From positions 1 to 48,565 of the IMG/VR virus record IMGVR_UViG_3300033067_000977: DNA of 48,565 nucleotides; one strand, written 5' to 3'. Shown here piece after piece: positions 35,582-44,791 of the stretch. Numbering within the stretch: position 1 is the first letter of the stretch; each line of letters opens with the position of its first letter. Source of the stretch: a virus (lineage: Duplodnaviria > Caudoviricetes). Made by a program: the position numbers and the translations under genes. The notes under the pieces are model-generated. The model saw only the letters and a list, made by a program, of their open reading frames with translations, was not told the DNA's origin and made no database searches.

Positions 35582-36595
35582 TTAGACCACGCGCGCTTCG
35601 GTCTCCAGGATGGAATCGACAATGCGGATCGGGATGCCGCGGAACGAGTAGACCCGCTTCCCGTCGACATTGTCGTAGGTGATGCCTCCACCGACTTGCA
35701 CCGCATCGAAGCGTTGCGAGTCCAGCGCGGCAAACACGCTCCGGTTCATGTAGAACACCGGTTTTCCAAGAGACTGCGTCGGTGCGACATGCGTCGACGT
35801 CGCCATCAGCTTGAGCAGATCCGCCGCAGACACTTGCGCGACCAGGTTCGACATATCGATGTTTGCGATCCGGACCACATACCGCCAATCAGCCAAAGCG
35901 ATTCCAGCCTTCCACTGCCAGCGCTCTTGATACGCTCGCATCCGTGCCGTCCCGATGCCCGTCGCATCCTGGACTGTCTGGATTCCGTAGTCGTTATGCT
36001 GAAGACCAGCCTTGCTGCCCTTCGGCACGAGCCCAAAGACCGTGTTCTCACCCCAATACACCAACCAAATCGACGTATTGTCGTTCCCGGTTCCGCCGCC
36101 ATCGATCACGTTCGCGCCGTTCGTCGCGCCGGACTTGGTCGCATACCGCGGCGCCAGACCCATGAATTCCTCGGGAGCGGTGCCGCTGTTCCCGTAAATC
36201 AAGGTCTGCTGCATTTCCTGGTTCATGGCTTCCAGGAATGCGCGCCCCTCGGTCAACCGGTTCGCGTTGATGTCGCCACCCAATTGCGCAACTTCCTCTT
36301 CCACCTCGGACCAGGCTTCGAGGATGCCGGTCTTCTCTTCGATTTGCGCCGTAAGCGACTTACTCGGGGTCACGCCCTGGTTGAGCAAGCGCCAGGTCAC
36401 GGCCGGGAGACCGGTCCGCACCGTAATCCGATGCCCGGTATCCTGGTTGCCTTCCCGCCATTGCATATCGGCCAGCATCTCATTCGACTGAGACAACAGC
36501 TCAACCAACGCCGAGGCTTTCGTCCGCTTGCCATTCGGATCTGTCCTTTTCGCCAGATCTAACAAGCTCATCACTGAAGTGTTGATGGTCGTCAT
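35582..36595 (-). CDS. Major capsid protein (BPP-1 Bbp17-like)
   Basis: ELLSQSNEMLAD, VRTGLP..TWR..NQGV, F.GLAPRY, TSIWLV.WG, DWRYVVRIANID and FRGIPIR. Confidence 0.92.
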   Translation of the reverse strand: MTTINTSVMSLLDLAKRTDPNGKRTKASALVELLSQSNEMLADMQWREGNQDTGHRITVRTGLPAVTWRLLNQGVTPSKSLTAQIEEKTGILEAWSEVEEEVAQLGGDINANRLTEGRAFLEAMNQEMQQTLIYGNSGTAPEEFMGLAPRYATKSGATNGANVIDGGGTGNDNTSIWLVYWGENTVFGLVPKGSKAGLQHNDYGIQTVQDATGIGTARMRAYQERWQWKAGIALADWRYVVRIANIDMSNLVAQVSAADLLKLMATSTHVAPTQSLGKPVFYMNRSVFAALDSQRFDAVQVGGGITYDNVDGKRVYSFRGIPIRIVDSILETEARVV

Positions 36596-36611
36596 CGTCT
36601 AATCCCTTCCA

Positions 36612-37454
36612 TTACTCCCCGTCGTAGAGAAGGTCCGCAAGTCGCTGTTCTTTCCGTGCGGCCGGCCCTCCGGACGACCGAGCATTCGACACGGTCGGCA
36701 CTTCTTTCCCGACGGGTTGCTGTTCCAATGTTTTTTTGAATTCCGCGAAGAGTTTCGGCTTCGCAGCCTCCACGATTTTGTCTTCCCATTTGCGCGGGTC
36801 TTCGCCGTACTTGGCCATGAAGTCTTCCCGAGCGAGAATCCGCATCGCCGCGACCGGCGGTTGTGGATGCTCAGAGACCTCCACCAAGAGATGTTTCTTG
36901 TCGTCCCGGCTGGTGAGCGCGACCCACGGCGCATCTTTGCCGCCGAAAATCGCCTTCTCGACCTCGTCCGCCCCGAATTCCTGGTCCGCAATCGCGCGCG
37001 TCGCGTCCACACGCGCCTCAAACGCGATCTTCTTCTTGACCTGGTCCTCAGACGGCTTCGGTTTTTCCTTCCAGGTGCCATTCATCCGCGCGGTCAGTTC
37101 CTCAAGTTGTGCGGCCTGCTCCTCGAGCCTGCGCTCGAGATCCGCCTTCTCCTTCCCCAATCGCCGAGCCGCGGCGGTTTGTGCCTTCAGCTGCTCGTCT
37201 TTTGGATCCGGCTTGTCTTCTTTCTTGTCTTCAGCCTTGGCCACAGGCTCTTGTTTGCCATCCGCCGGGGGAGTCGCATCGGCCTTTGCGGCCGGAGCGG
37301 AGTCCGTATCCTGCGTCTGTGCGGGCTTGTCCTCTTTCACGTCAGACGTGTCCGCAGATGGGGCGGGTTCCGTGGCGTAGAGCACGTCGGCAATCGACGG
37401 TTCAACGGGGGAACCCGCTTTCGCGGGGGTCTGTTCAACAACAGGGGTCGTCAT
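36612..37454 (-). CDS. Scaffolding protein
   Basis: Acidic low-complexity N-terminus plus coiled coil; lies between portal and capsid. Confidence 0.78.
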   Translation of the reverse strand: MTTPVVEQTPAKAGSPVEPSIADVLYATEPAPSADTSDVKEDKPAQTQDTDSAPAAKADATPPADGKQEPVAKAEDKKEDKPDPKDEQLKAQTAAARRLGKEKADLERRLEEQAAQLEELTARMNGTWKEKPKPSEDQVKKKIAFEARVDATRAIADQEFGADEVEKAIFGGKDAPWVALTSRDDKKHLLVEVSEHPQPPVAAMRILAREDFMAKYGEDPRKWEDKIVEAAKPKLFAEFKKTLEQQPVGKEVPTVSNARSSGGPAARKEQRLADLLYDGE

Positions 37455-39628
37455 GCGGCTTCTCCTTCGGTCGTAGGTTGTTCAGGCGCCGCCCCGGCCT
37501 GGGGCTGGCCCTTGTCGCGAATCTTTTGCATTTCCATCCGGCCTTCGACGGCCGTTTGCATCGCTTGAAAATCGATCTTCCCGCGCTCCACTTGGCTGCG
37601 CGTGCCTTCCTTAACCTGCGCGATCGCCAGCTCGGCCTGGATCTTCTGCACGAACGCCGGGTCTTCGCTTTGCTGAATAAAGACTTGTGCCAATTCCTGG
37701 CTCTGGAACGCCGTCATCGCCATGTAGGCCTTCATCTCCGGCGTGAATTCCTTCCAGTCCATGGCGATCGTCATCTTTGGCCGTTCCGGTTGCGGCTGAG
37801 ACTGTTCATCGATCAGTTTCATCAGCCCTTCTTTGTCCCGGAGCTCCGTCAACTGGATGCCGAGCTTCATGTACGCGGGCCCGAGTGGCGCGAGCGCGGG
37901 AATCGCTTGCAGCAGCATTTCCGCTTGCTGTTCCCGCAGGACCGTGAAGTCCTTCGTCTCGGTAATGACCTGGTCGTAAATCCGCTCTTTGAGCGCCTGG
38001 ATGTGCCCCTTCGTAACTTGCACCGTGCGCGGCGCGTTCGGATCGTCCGTGATCTGAAAGGCCATCTCTTCGGTGAGCCACTGCTTCAGGTACTCGTAGG
38101 AGAGCTTCGCCTTCATGTAGCGCGACCGACGCAGATTGTTCTGCATCGGAAGCACAATCAGGTTGCCCATCGCCTGTTTCTTCGCGATCCCGAGACCGCT
38201 CCGCACTTCGGACGGCATCCCCATCGACTCGTTGCCCTGGCCAGAGACCCGGCGAATCGCGTCCTTGTCTTCCTGGAGCAACGCGAGCTGCGCCTGTCCC
38301 ATGTCCAGGTTGTCGCGGAACAGAATCTTGTTGCCAGAAATCGCGCCTTCCTTGACCTCGAGGAACCCATCCGGCTTCGCGTGCTCGACCTGCAGCACCT
38401 CGGAGTCGTCGAAGGAATGTTCTTCCGCGACGATCTGCCGGTTCGTCAGCAACGCGAGCGCTTTGCTTTCCCGCTTGTTGATGGATTCGACGATCGGGAC
38501 CAGCCGGCTCGCCAGCGCAAGCGGCGCCCCGTTCTTTTTGAGGCCGGAATAAAACGGCACATACGGGAAGAGATTCGTCTTGTTCGGCGAGACGTCGTGG
38601 TGGATGAGGATGTTCCCCAGGACCACACCGACGTACATCCGCTCTTTCCACACGGGCTCGGCGTAGACCCTGTCAGAGTCCTTCAGGTCCTTGAGAATCG
38701 CCTTCGCCTCGGCGTTGTCGACCGGGACGGGGATCGCCAGCACGTTGTCATCTTTGAAAATGTAGTAGAGCTTGACCTTGCGCTTGTACCAAACCTCGAA
38801 CGGCCGCACGCGTCGACGCTGGGCCCCACCGGAGAGCACCGGCCCGCCGGTCGGCAAATTCTGCATGTAGGTGTCATTGAGGAGCGACGGATCGACAGAG
38901 GAGCCGCCGAAAAACTCGAGCCCGTTGGAATGCGTGAGGTTCCGGATCTCATCTTCTTTGTCCGGCCAACGCTCGATCGCGTCCTCGACGTCCATCCACG
39001 CGCCTTCGCAGACGTATTTCGCGTCTTCGTTCAGGTCGTAGCGTTGCGAGTAGGGGTCTTTGAAAATCGTATAGGGCGGACGGGACTTGAACTTCTCGCA
39101 GGGCTGGCCGAGCTCGTTGCGCTCAATCCAGGACTTGATCCAGCCGACGCCACCGACCAGGCCGTCCCAGGTCTGATCTTGCTCCTCGAACTCGGCGAGG
39201 TTCGTCTGATCAATCCACCGCTGGGTATCTTGGAGAATCGCCCCGACGGGATCGTCCGCCGGCGTATTGCGCCCGAGGAAACTGCACACCTGGCGCGTCT
39301 GGATGAACTGCCCGGCGATCCGTTCGAGAATCGGCGCCAGCTCATTGCGACGCGTCGGCGGTTGACCACGCTCGAGGAACTGGGCCAGCTCCTCTTCGGT
39401 ATAAAACTCGTTTTCCGTGTACTGATAATTCAGCGAGCTTTCGAGCTCGTACATGGTCCGGAGCGGGTGATTGACCGCTTCGTACACCATGCGATGGAGG
39501 CGTGCCTTGATACAGTCTTCATCCTCCTTCCGCACGGAGTCGACGAGGAAGTCGAGCTTGTCGCGCTCAGAGGCCGATTCGAGCCGGCTGGCGTATTTCG
39601 AGGGTTTTGTGGGTGCGGCCGTCGCCAT
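37451..39628 (-). CDS. Portal protein (P22-like)
   Basis: RGQPP...N, GVGWIK, DPYS...DL.EDAKY, FPYVPF, SG....SMG.....SG.AIA; 725 aa. Confidence 0.9.
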   Translation of the reverse strand: MATAAPTKPSKYASRLESASERDKLDFLVDSVRKEDEDCIKARLHRMVYEAVNHPLRTMYELESSLNYQYTENEFYTEEELAQFLERGQPPTRRNELAPILERIAGQFIQTRQVCSFLGRNTPADDPVGAILQDTQRWIDQTNLAEFEEQDQTWDGLVGGVGWIKSWIERNELGQPCEKFKSRPPYTIFKDPYSQRYDLNEDAKYVCEGAWMDVEDAIERWPDKEDEIRNLTHSNGLEFFGGSSVDPSLLNDTYMQNLPTGGPVLSGGAQRRRVRPFEVWYKRKVKLYYIFKDDNVLAIPVPVDNAEAKAILKDLKDSDRVYAEPVWKERMYVGVVLGNILIHHDVSPNKTNLFPYVPFYSGLKKNGAPLALASRLVPIVESINKRESKALALLTNRQIVAEEHSFDDSEVLQVEHAKPDGFLEVKEGAISGNKILFRDNLDMGQAQLALLQEDKDAIRRVSGQGNESMGMPSEVRSGLGIAKKQAMGNLIVLPMQNNLRRSRYMKAKLSYEYLKQWLTEEMAFQITDDPNAPRTVQVTKGHIQALKERIYDQVITETKDFTVLREQQAEMLLQAIPALAPLGPAYMKLGIQLTELRDKEGLMKLIDEQSQPQPERPKMTIAMDWKEFTPEMKAYMAMTAFQSQELAQVFIQQSEDPAFVQKIQAELAIAQVKEGTRSQVERGKIDFQAMQTAVEGRMEMQKIRDKGQPQAGAAPEQPTTEGEAA

Positions 39629-39714
39629 ACAGGATTCCAGATCCTGTCAGCGGGTCGCCGAAACGGCGGGGGACTGACACCGGTCAACGTCCTAGTAGTT
39701 TCACTAGTGCTAGT

Positions 39715-39743
39715 GCAGTATCACGATGGAAACGGAATGTCAA
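39715..39743 (-). promoter_or_regulatory. Candidate promoter upstream of portal
   Basis: TTGACA-17 nt-TACTGC with an extended -10 TG; abuts a hexamer-motif site. Confidence 0.45.
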
Positions 39744-39894
39744 GTTCTTTGCAGAGACGCATGAGCTGGACGTAGGTCCCCTTGACCTTCCGTGCCAGCT
39801 CATGGATCTCGTGCTTCTGTTTCAGAGTTAGCACTTCTTGCCTTTGCCCTTCTTCTTTCCGGCCATGGATCATCACCGCCCCTCTATCTGTCAT
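39721..39894 (-). CDS. Small hypothetical protein (57 aa)
   Basis: ATGA overlap with the terL stop; open for 57 codons; not in the ORF track. Confidence 0.45.
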   Translation of the reverse strand: MTDRGAVMIHGRKEEGQRQEVLTLKQKHEIHELARKVKGTYVQLMRLCKELDIPFPS

Positions 39895-41537
39895 CGTGTG
39901 CGTCCCATCCTCGCCGCCATCGACCGGAACCCCAGCAGCGCGGCGTCGATGTTCGCATTCCGTTGTCGCCGATGCCGGCGCGCCCCTGGCGGCATCTTCG
40001 ACGTACAGTGCTTATAGACCCACCAGGCAATGGCCAGCGCGTCGGCCTTATCCGGCGAATTCGTGAGCGGCGGCACATGCGGAATCCCCGACGAGAGCCC
40101 TTTGCCCTGAATTTTGATCTTTCCGTCGACTTCCGCCCACTTGATCGACGTCACCTGCCCGATCAACTCATCGTCGACATACGGCACCCCTTTTCGGAGG
40201 ATCCGGAGACTGATCTCGCCAGAATCGAACGCGAGCTTCAGCTCCCAGTACATCTGATCCCGCAACCGATGATATCGAACCTCATCCAGCGGCAACTTCG
40301 AGACGTCAATCGGGTACACATGGCTCAACTTCTCGACTCGCACCAAATGCGAATGCACCCCGCGCCCGATCCCGATCACATCGACGCCGATCGCATGTTG
40401 CACGTCAACCCCCACACTCGATAAGTGCGTCAGCACATGCCCAGCCACGAGCTCCCCGAGCTGCGTCGGGTCCTTCTCACGATGCTCGTAAATGTCGACC
40501 ACCTGTGGGCCACGCAGGGGGATCACGATCGACGGATCCCCGCCCCGGTTCGGTCCCCCAATATCCGCCCCGACGCAGATCGGGTCGGTATCCAGCGTCT
40601 CAAGAATCCGCGTCGTCGCCGCCATCGCCGCCTCAAACCCGATCAAGGTATCGCCCGACTGGTTCGGCGGGAGCCCTTTGACGCGCACCCGGTAGAAGTC
40701 CGAGTCCTTCCCGTACTTTTTCGCGTGCGATTCCTGGACCTCTTCGTTGAACCAGCCGAATCGCCCGTAATTCTCCGGCTTCCGCTTCTCGGCCGCGAGC
40801 GCTTCTCCGTCCCACTGGAGCGGGATCCACTGGTCCCGGTTCCGCCGATGGGTCTCCATGGCGAACCCGTCGCGCTTGGTGGGGTTAAACAGCAGAATGA
40901 TCATCGACAACGGGTCCGTCAGTCCGCCTTCCAGCGGCTCGAAGACCGCTTCCGGCACGCCCGACCCTTCGTCGACCTGATACATCACCCCGAGCGCGTG
41001 AACACCGGCCAGGACGACCTTCTGGTCCTCCGGCGAGGCGTTCGGCTGCACGGTCCGCGGCTCAATGCGCGAAACCGTCCCGCGGCCGGCATCCTCTTTC
41101 AAGAAAATGCGGTGCGCGTTCTTCTCGAAGATCTCGGCCAGCAACGGATTCCGCTGCAACCATTCGCCATACTCTGGCCACAAGGAGGAATGGAGCTGGG
41201 GACCGGCCGGCGCCGTGCAGACGATCTTCGGCCGCACCGATTGCAGCACGAACATGTAATGCAGCCCGCAGAGCGAGATCGTCGCCCCCTTGCCGACGCC
41301 CTGCCCGGCCATGATGCTGATCCCGAGCTTGCGCGCGTACTTCTTCTGCTCCTCGGTCATCGGGAGCCCCTTCCAGCGAAGAATCTTCGCGTTCAGGAGC
41401 TTCCCGTACTCAATCCAGAATTCCTCTTGCCCGGACCAGGGATCGAAGCGATCGCCGCCGAATTTCCGCGCCCACCGGATCGGTTCATAGATCCAGCTGT
41501 CGACCTCACGCTCGCTGATCCGGGGGACAGCGCTCAT
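39891..41537 (-). CDS. terL: Terminase large subunit
   Basis: AGQGVGK Walker A, VDEGSG Walker B, NP motif, RNase H residues GADIG, VDVIGIG and SPDKADALA; start re-called at MSAVPR. Confidence 0.92.
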   Translation of the reverse strand: MSAVPRISEREVDSWIYEPIRWARKFGGDRFDPWSGQEEFWIEYGKLLNAKILRWKGLPMTEEQKKYARKLGISIMAGQGVGKGATISLCGLHYMFVLQSVRPKIVCTAPAGPQLHSSLWPEYGEWLQRNPLLAEIFEKNAHRIFLKEDAGRGTVSRIEPRTVQPNASPEDQKVVLAGVHALGVMYQVDEGSGVPEAVFEPLEGGLTDPLSMIILLFNPTKRDGFAMETHRRNRDQWIPLQWDGEALAAEKRKPENYGRFGWFNEEVQESHAKKYGKDSDFYRVRVKGLPPNQSGDTLIGFEAAMAATTRILETLDTDPICVGADIGGPNRGGDPSIVIPLRGPQVVDIYEHREKDPTQLGELVAGHVLTHLSSVGVDVQHAIGVDVIGIGRGVHSHLVRVEKLSHVYPIDVSKLPLDEVRYHRLRDQMYWELKLAFDSGEISLRILRKGVPYVDDELIGQVTSIKWAEVDGKIKIQGKGLSSGIPHVPPLTNSPDKADALAIAWWVYKHCTSKMPPGARRHRRQRNANIDAALLGFRSMAARMGRTR

Positions 41538-41785
41538 GCGGTTTTCGATTCCTCTTCTGCCGCGCGCTCGGCCGCAAACTGCTTCACGCGATCGATCCCG
41601 AGATCCAGGCACTTCACGCAGCTGTCGACGTCCTTCAGGGGCCCGTAGACCTGGACGCTCCCGTTCTTCAGCACAAACACCGTGAACGCGAACCCGACCG
41701 CCTCGGCCGGCACCGGAATCTCCAGCCGGTAGGGCTTGAACTGCTTCTTCCCGAATTTGTCGACCGGCTGTAAGGGGCTACTCAT
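41534..41785 (-). CDS. Hypothetical protein
   Basis: Coupled to terL; GGAG RBS. Confidence 0.65.
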   Translation of the reverse strand: MSSPLQPVDKFGKKQFKPYRLEIPVPAEAVGFAFTVFVLKNGSVQVYGPLKDVDSCVKCLDLGIDRVKQFAAERAAEEESKTA

Positions 41786-41883
41786 GGTCGTTCTCCAAAC
41801 AGTTGTCGCGCCACCTTCTCCCGCTCCAGCGGCGGCTTGTACGGGCAGTCAAGACAGTGCGGCTTCATCGGGTCGAAGTACAT
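41782..41883 (-). CDS. Small hypothetical protein (33 aa, CxxC)
   Basis: GGAGG RBS; ATGA coupling downstream; read manually. Confidence 0.45.
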   Translation of the reverse strand: MYFDPMKPHCLDCPYKPPLEREKVARQLFGERP

Positions 41884-42011
41884 GGTCGCGCCTCCCGCTT
41901 CGGGCAGAAATACAGCGCATGCGGGTTCGCGGCGTCATGCTCAAACGTCGCGCCGCACTTCGGGCACCGGTAGATTTTCGGGTCGTTCTTCGGCTGGTAG
42001 TCGTGGCTCAT
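41865..42011 (-). CDS. Small Zn-finger-like protein (48 aa, YRCPKCGATF...H...C)
   Basis: ATGA coupling; CxxC...H...C pattern; read manually. Confidence 0.55.
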   Translation of the reverse strand: MSHDYQPKNDPKIYRCPKCGATFEHDAANPHALYFCPKREARPCTSTR

Positions 42012-42286
42012 CCCGTCACCTTCTTTCGCGTGTAGGTCCGCTTCTGGACGCCCGCCTTCCGCCGGCGCCAGTACTCCCGCATGTAGGCCCGGTTCCGCTC
42101 AATCCGCTCCTCTTGCGTCATCCCCGACCGCGGCCCACGCCGCAGACCTGGCCCGTTCGAGGCCCGCTCGATCTGGTTCAGCTGAATCGGCTCGCAGCGC
42201 CGCCAGCCACAGTTCAGACAATGCGGGTCGTCATAGAGCTCGGCGACCAGGCCGGCACAGCGGGGACAGACGGGATCGGGGGTCAT
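42008..42286 (-). CDS. Zn-ribbon protein with a basic tail
   Basis: CPRC...CLNCG; AGGAG RBS; start re-called at MTPDPV. Confidence 0.65.
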   Translation of the reverse strand: MTPDPVCPRCAGLVAELYDDPHCLNCGWRRCEPIQLNQIERASNGPGLRRGPRSGMTQEERIERNRAYMREYWRRRKAGVQKRTYTRKKVTG

Positions 42287-42405
42287 GCGTCGGTCTCCTG
42301 TGCGCTCGCCTTCTTGGCCTTGTACTGGACCTTCAGTCTCCGGAACGCCTTCGACAACTTCGGACGCCACGAAAGCCGTTTCTTCTTCACGTAGGTTTTA
42401 CTCAT
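42283..42405 (-). CDS. Small basic protein (40 aa)
   Basis: TAATG coupling; K/R-rich. Confidence 0.5.
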   Translation of the reverse strand: MSKTYVKKKRLSWRPKLSKAFRRLKVQYKAKKASAQETDA

Positions 42406-42485
42406 TATCGCCAATACCCCCACCAGAGCATCCAGCCAATGAACCCGCAGGCCAGCACGGCGCACAGCACATCCGGGACGGTCAT
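42405..42485 (-). CDS. Tiny membrane peptide (26 aa)
   Basis: ATGA/TAATG coupling on both sides; hydrophobic. Confidence 0.4.
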   Translation of the reverse strand: MTVPDVLCAVLACGFIGWMLWWGYWR

Positions 42486-42760
42486 TCCGGCAGCTCCTTC
42501 ATCGTGAACATCGGCAAGTGCCCGATGCGCGTCAGCTTGTGCGGCGCGTGCAGATGGGGTTCCACATGCGCCATACAGCGGCAGAGGTTCAGACTCACGC
42601 CGTTCCGGAGGTAACAGCGCCGGAATCGGTCATGCGCGGCGGAGACGTCGCGCGTCGCGAACCAAGCGTCAGAGCTCTGACGAATGGCCTCCATCTCTTC
42701 AGGGGTCCACACGTTGCCCGGTGCGTGATAGGACTCATCGATATATCGCACGATGTTCAT
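42482..42760 (-). CDS. Hypothetical protein
   Basis: Coupled ORF in the operon. Confidence 0.55.
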   Translation of the reverse strand: MNIVRYIDESYHAPGNVWTPEEMEAIRQSSDAWFATRDVSAAHDRFRRCYLRNGVSLNLCRCMAHVEPHLHAPHKLTRIGHLPMFTMKELPE

Positions 42761-42966
42761 GGGAGATCCGTCCTGGATGCGAGAAACGGCGCGCCGACCT
42801 TGTCGATCTGTATCAGCTTGTCCAGCGCAATCCCGGCCGTCACCGTGAAGGACTGGACGAGATGCGCGTTCGCCGGGTCGCTGGACGCCCGTCCCGCGGC
42901 ATCGAGACAGTTGTCATGAAGCGATTGCCACTTCTCACGGGTCGATTGGGGGGAGGGAGCAGACAT
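42757..42966 (-). CDS. Hypothetical protein
   Basis: AGGAGG RBS; coupled. Confidence 0.6.
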   Translation of the reverse strand: MSAPSPQSTREKWQSLHDNCLDAAGRASSDPANAHLVQSFTVTAGIALDKLIQIDKVGAPFLASRTDLP

Positions 42967-42975
42967 GGTTACCTC

Positions 42976-43275
42976 CTACAGACGGGTTTCGATCGACGCC
43001 GTGGCTTTCACCATCACATGGACGAGATCGCGAATCTTGTAGGCCAGCACTTCGATCGGCTCATTCGGGCTATCCGGCGCGCATTGCTCAGCCACATCGC
43101 ATACCTTCGCCCCAAAGAGCTTCGCGTCGGTAATGTCGACGTTCTGCTTCGCGGCATACAGCGACCCCAGCGCCTCTTGCAGGACACTCTGCAGCGGCAT
43201 GGAGGCAATCGGTTTCAGAACCCCGTCTAACGTGCTTTTCCCGGCGCACATCGTTTTGTCTTGATCGCGATACAT
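42976..43275 (-). CDS. Hypothetical protein
   Basis: AGGAGG RBS. Confidence 0.65.
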   Translation of the reverse strand: MYRDQDKTMCAGKSTLDGVLKPIASMPLQSVLQEALGSLYAAKQNVDITDAKLFGAKVCDVAEQCAPDSPNEPIEVLAYKIRDLVHVMVKATASIETRL

Positions 43276-43467
43276 GATTTTTACCTCCTACGTAGTTTTT
43301 TGAAAATTTTTTGCCTGGCGTCGTACTGTGCGGGACGCGAACACATCATCGAGCCCTGAAAGTCCCCCTGCCGGCCCTTCTCTGCCAATTCCGAACCGAT
43401 GGGCCGGCCCGATCCGCGGTTACCAAGCCTCCAACCTCGACGAGGTAGCGCTCCTAGCTTAGGTGCG

Positions 43468-43977
43468 CTACTCTTTTGGTGTCTCCGGCGCAGGATCGCT
43501 ACTATCACTAGTGGCTTTCCCGATTCTGCCCAGTGAATCGCCCATCATTCGCGCAATAATGCCGACGTTTTGTGTACTCTTGCCTGCTTCGAGGCGTTCC
43601 TTGTCGTAGATGGTCCCAAAGACTGTATTGATTTGTTCGAGTAGCTTCCCCTTTTGATGGACTGGCAGTGCGTTCAGAACGCCGTCATTCAAGCCCTCAA
43701 TGATTCGTGCCTGAACGTCGAGCGCTTTCGCTTGTATCTTCTGGAAGACCTCTTGCCGGTCCTTCACGTAGGTCTGAATGGCCTGCTTCTCTGGCTGTTC
43801 TGTCTTCAGAAACCGCCAAACAGTAGACGGTGCCACGCCTAACAACTCTCCGATAGTCTCAGAGCCGAGACCACGCTCCGACAGCATGAGCGCCTTCTTG
43901 CGGTCTAATCGGCGAGCATTGCGTTTACGTGGAGCGCGAACGGTAGGCTTCTCACTGGTACTAGTACTGGCAGACAT
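43468..43977 (-). CDS. terS: Terminase small subunit (HTH)
   Basis: HTH (GLGSETIGELLGVAPSTVWRFL), helical core, FGTIYDKERL..GKSTQNV; first gene of the packaging operon. Confidence 0.75.
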   Translation of the reverse strand: MSASTSTSEKPTVRAPRKRNARRLDRKKALMLSERGLGSETIGELLGVAPSTVWRFLKTEQPEKQAIQTYVKDRQEVFQKIQAKALDVQARIIEGLNDGVLNALPVHQKGKLLEQINTVFGTIYDKERLEAGKSTQNVGIIARMMGDSLGRIGKATSDSSDPAPETPKE

Positions 43978-43984
43978 GGCCGAG

Positions 43985-44013
43985 GTTCTACGCTTTCTCC
44001 CTCATCCTGTCAA
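43985..44013 (-). promoter_or_regulatory. Promoter for terS
   Basis: TTGACA-17 nt-TAGAAC. Confidence 0.6.
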
Positions 44014-44136
44014 GAGCCCACAGTCTGAATTCCGCCTTTATATAGGGGACTCAATCGGTCTCCTCCTCCTCCTAACTCACCAGACGGGCAGGAAAAATCG
44101 GCGCATCGCCACTAAAGGCCATGCTCCGACCTGTGG

Positions 44137-44457
44137 CTAGGCCTCTGCCAGCTCGGGGCCATCGATCCATGAGAGGCTTGCAGGCTTCGACGCCCAGCGC
44201 GCATATTGTGCCGAATCGAGGAATCCGCGATAGAGCCGCCCCTCTTCAATCGCGACGACTTTCGCGCTCTTCTGACAGAGCCGCCTGGCGTCGGCCAGTG
44301 ACGCCGCTTTGACGAGCACCCCATACTGCGACAAGTACGCTTCACGACTGCCACGGACTAAGCCGCGCAGATAGCCTGCCACGCTATAGCCCTCTCGCGT
44401 CATGAGAGTAAGAAACCGAACATCAGTCTCATCAAATTGCACAATCATACGTTTCAT
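44137..44457 (-). CDS. Putative RHH-domain regulator
   Basis: MKRMIVQFDE...YSVAGYLRGLV RHH-like N-terminus; GGGAGG RBS. Confidence 0.6.
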   Translation of the reverse strand: MKRMIVQFDETDVRFLTLMTREGYSVAGYLRGLVRGSREAYLSQYGVLVKAASLADARRLCQKSAKVVAIEEGRLYRGFLDSAQYARWASKPASLSWIDGPELAEA

Positions 44458-44483
44458 AAGGCACCTCCCATACTGTGATTCCT

Positions 44484-44524
44484 TGATATATCACTACGCA
44501 TCATAATATGTCAATCGATATATC
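44484..44524 (-). promoter_or_regulatory. Promoter/operator region with two GATATATC palindromes
   Basis: TTGACA at 44514-44509 with TG-n-TATATC downstream; GATATATC at 44485 and 44517. Confidence 0.5.
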
Positions 44525-44791
44525 TCGCAGCACTCTCACCACCGCTGCCCCATTTCTCCCCAATACAGTCCTAGCACCAGTCCCAGAACTCCACAGTCGC
44601 CTTTCCTGTCTTTACGCGCACTTAGCCTAATTCCTGGGGAAACACCTGGCGCAGTACGCCACAGTGACCACAGGCCAACCCCTCGCCAATTCGCACCAAA
44701 CCCCAATGATTCACCGAGTACTAGGACTGGCACGCGTACTGCAACATAGGGAGACATGAACGCGACGACCACCAACCAAGGAGCTGAGACC

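Noticed and set aside
37109-39775. 888-aa plus-strand ORF, and similar long antisense ORFs (4648-6042, 13877-14995, 22003-23094, 26741-28162, 35051-36562, 40425-41648)
   Set aside because: These are shadows of well-supported minus-strand genes in GC-rich DNA; they are R/P/L-rich with no recognisable motifs.
8279-41612. Long N-terminal extensions in the ORF track (SNF2, tailspike, ejection protein, endolysin, lipoprotein, terL)
   Set aside because: They overlap upstream genes; downstream ATGs with an RBS or stop-start coupling fit better.
43281-43508. 75-aa minus-strand ORF after terS
   Set aside because: No RBS, low-complexity R/G-rich product, and it overlaps terS; more likely non-coding.
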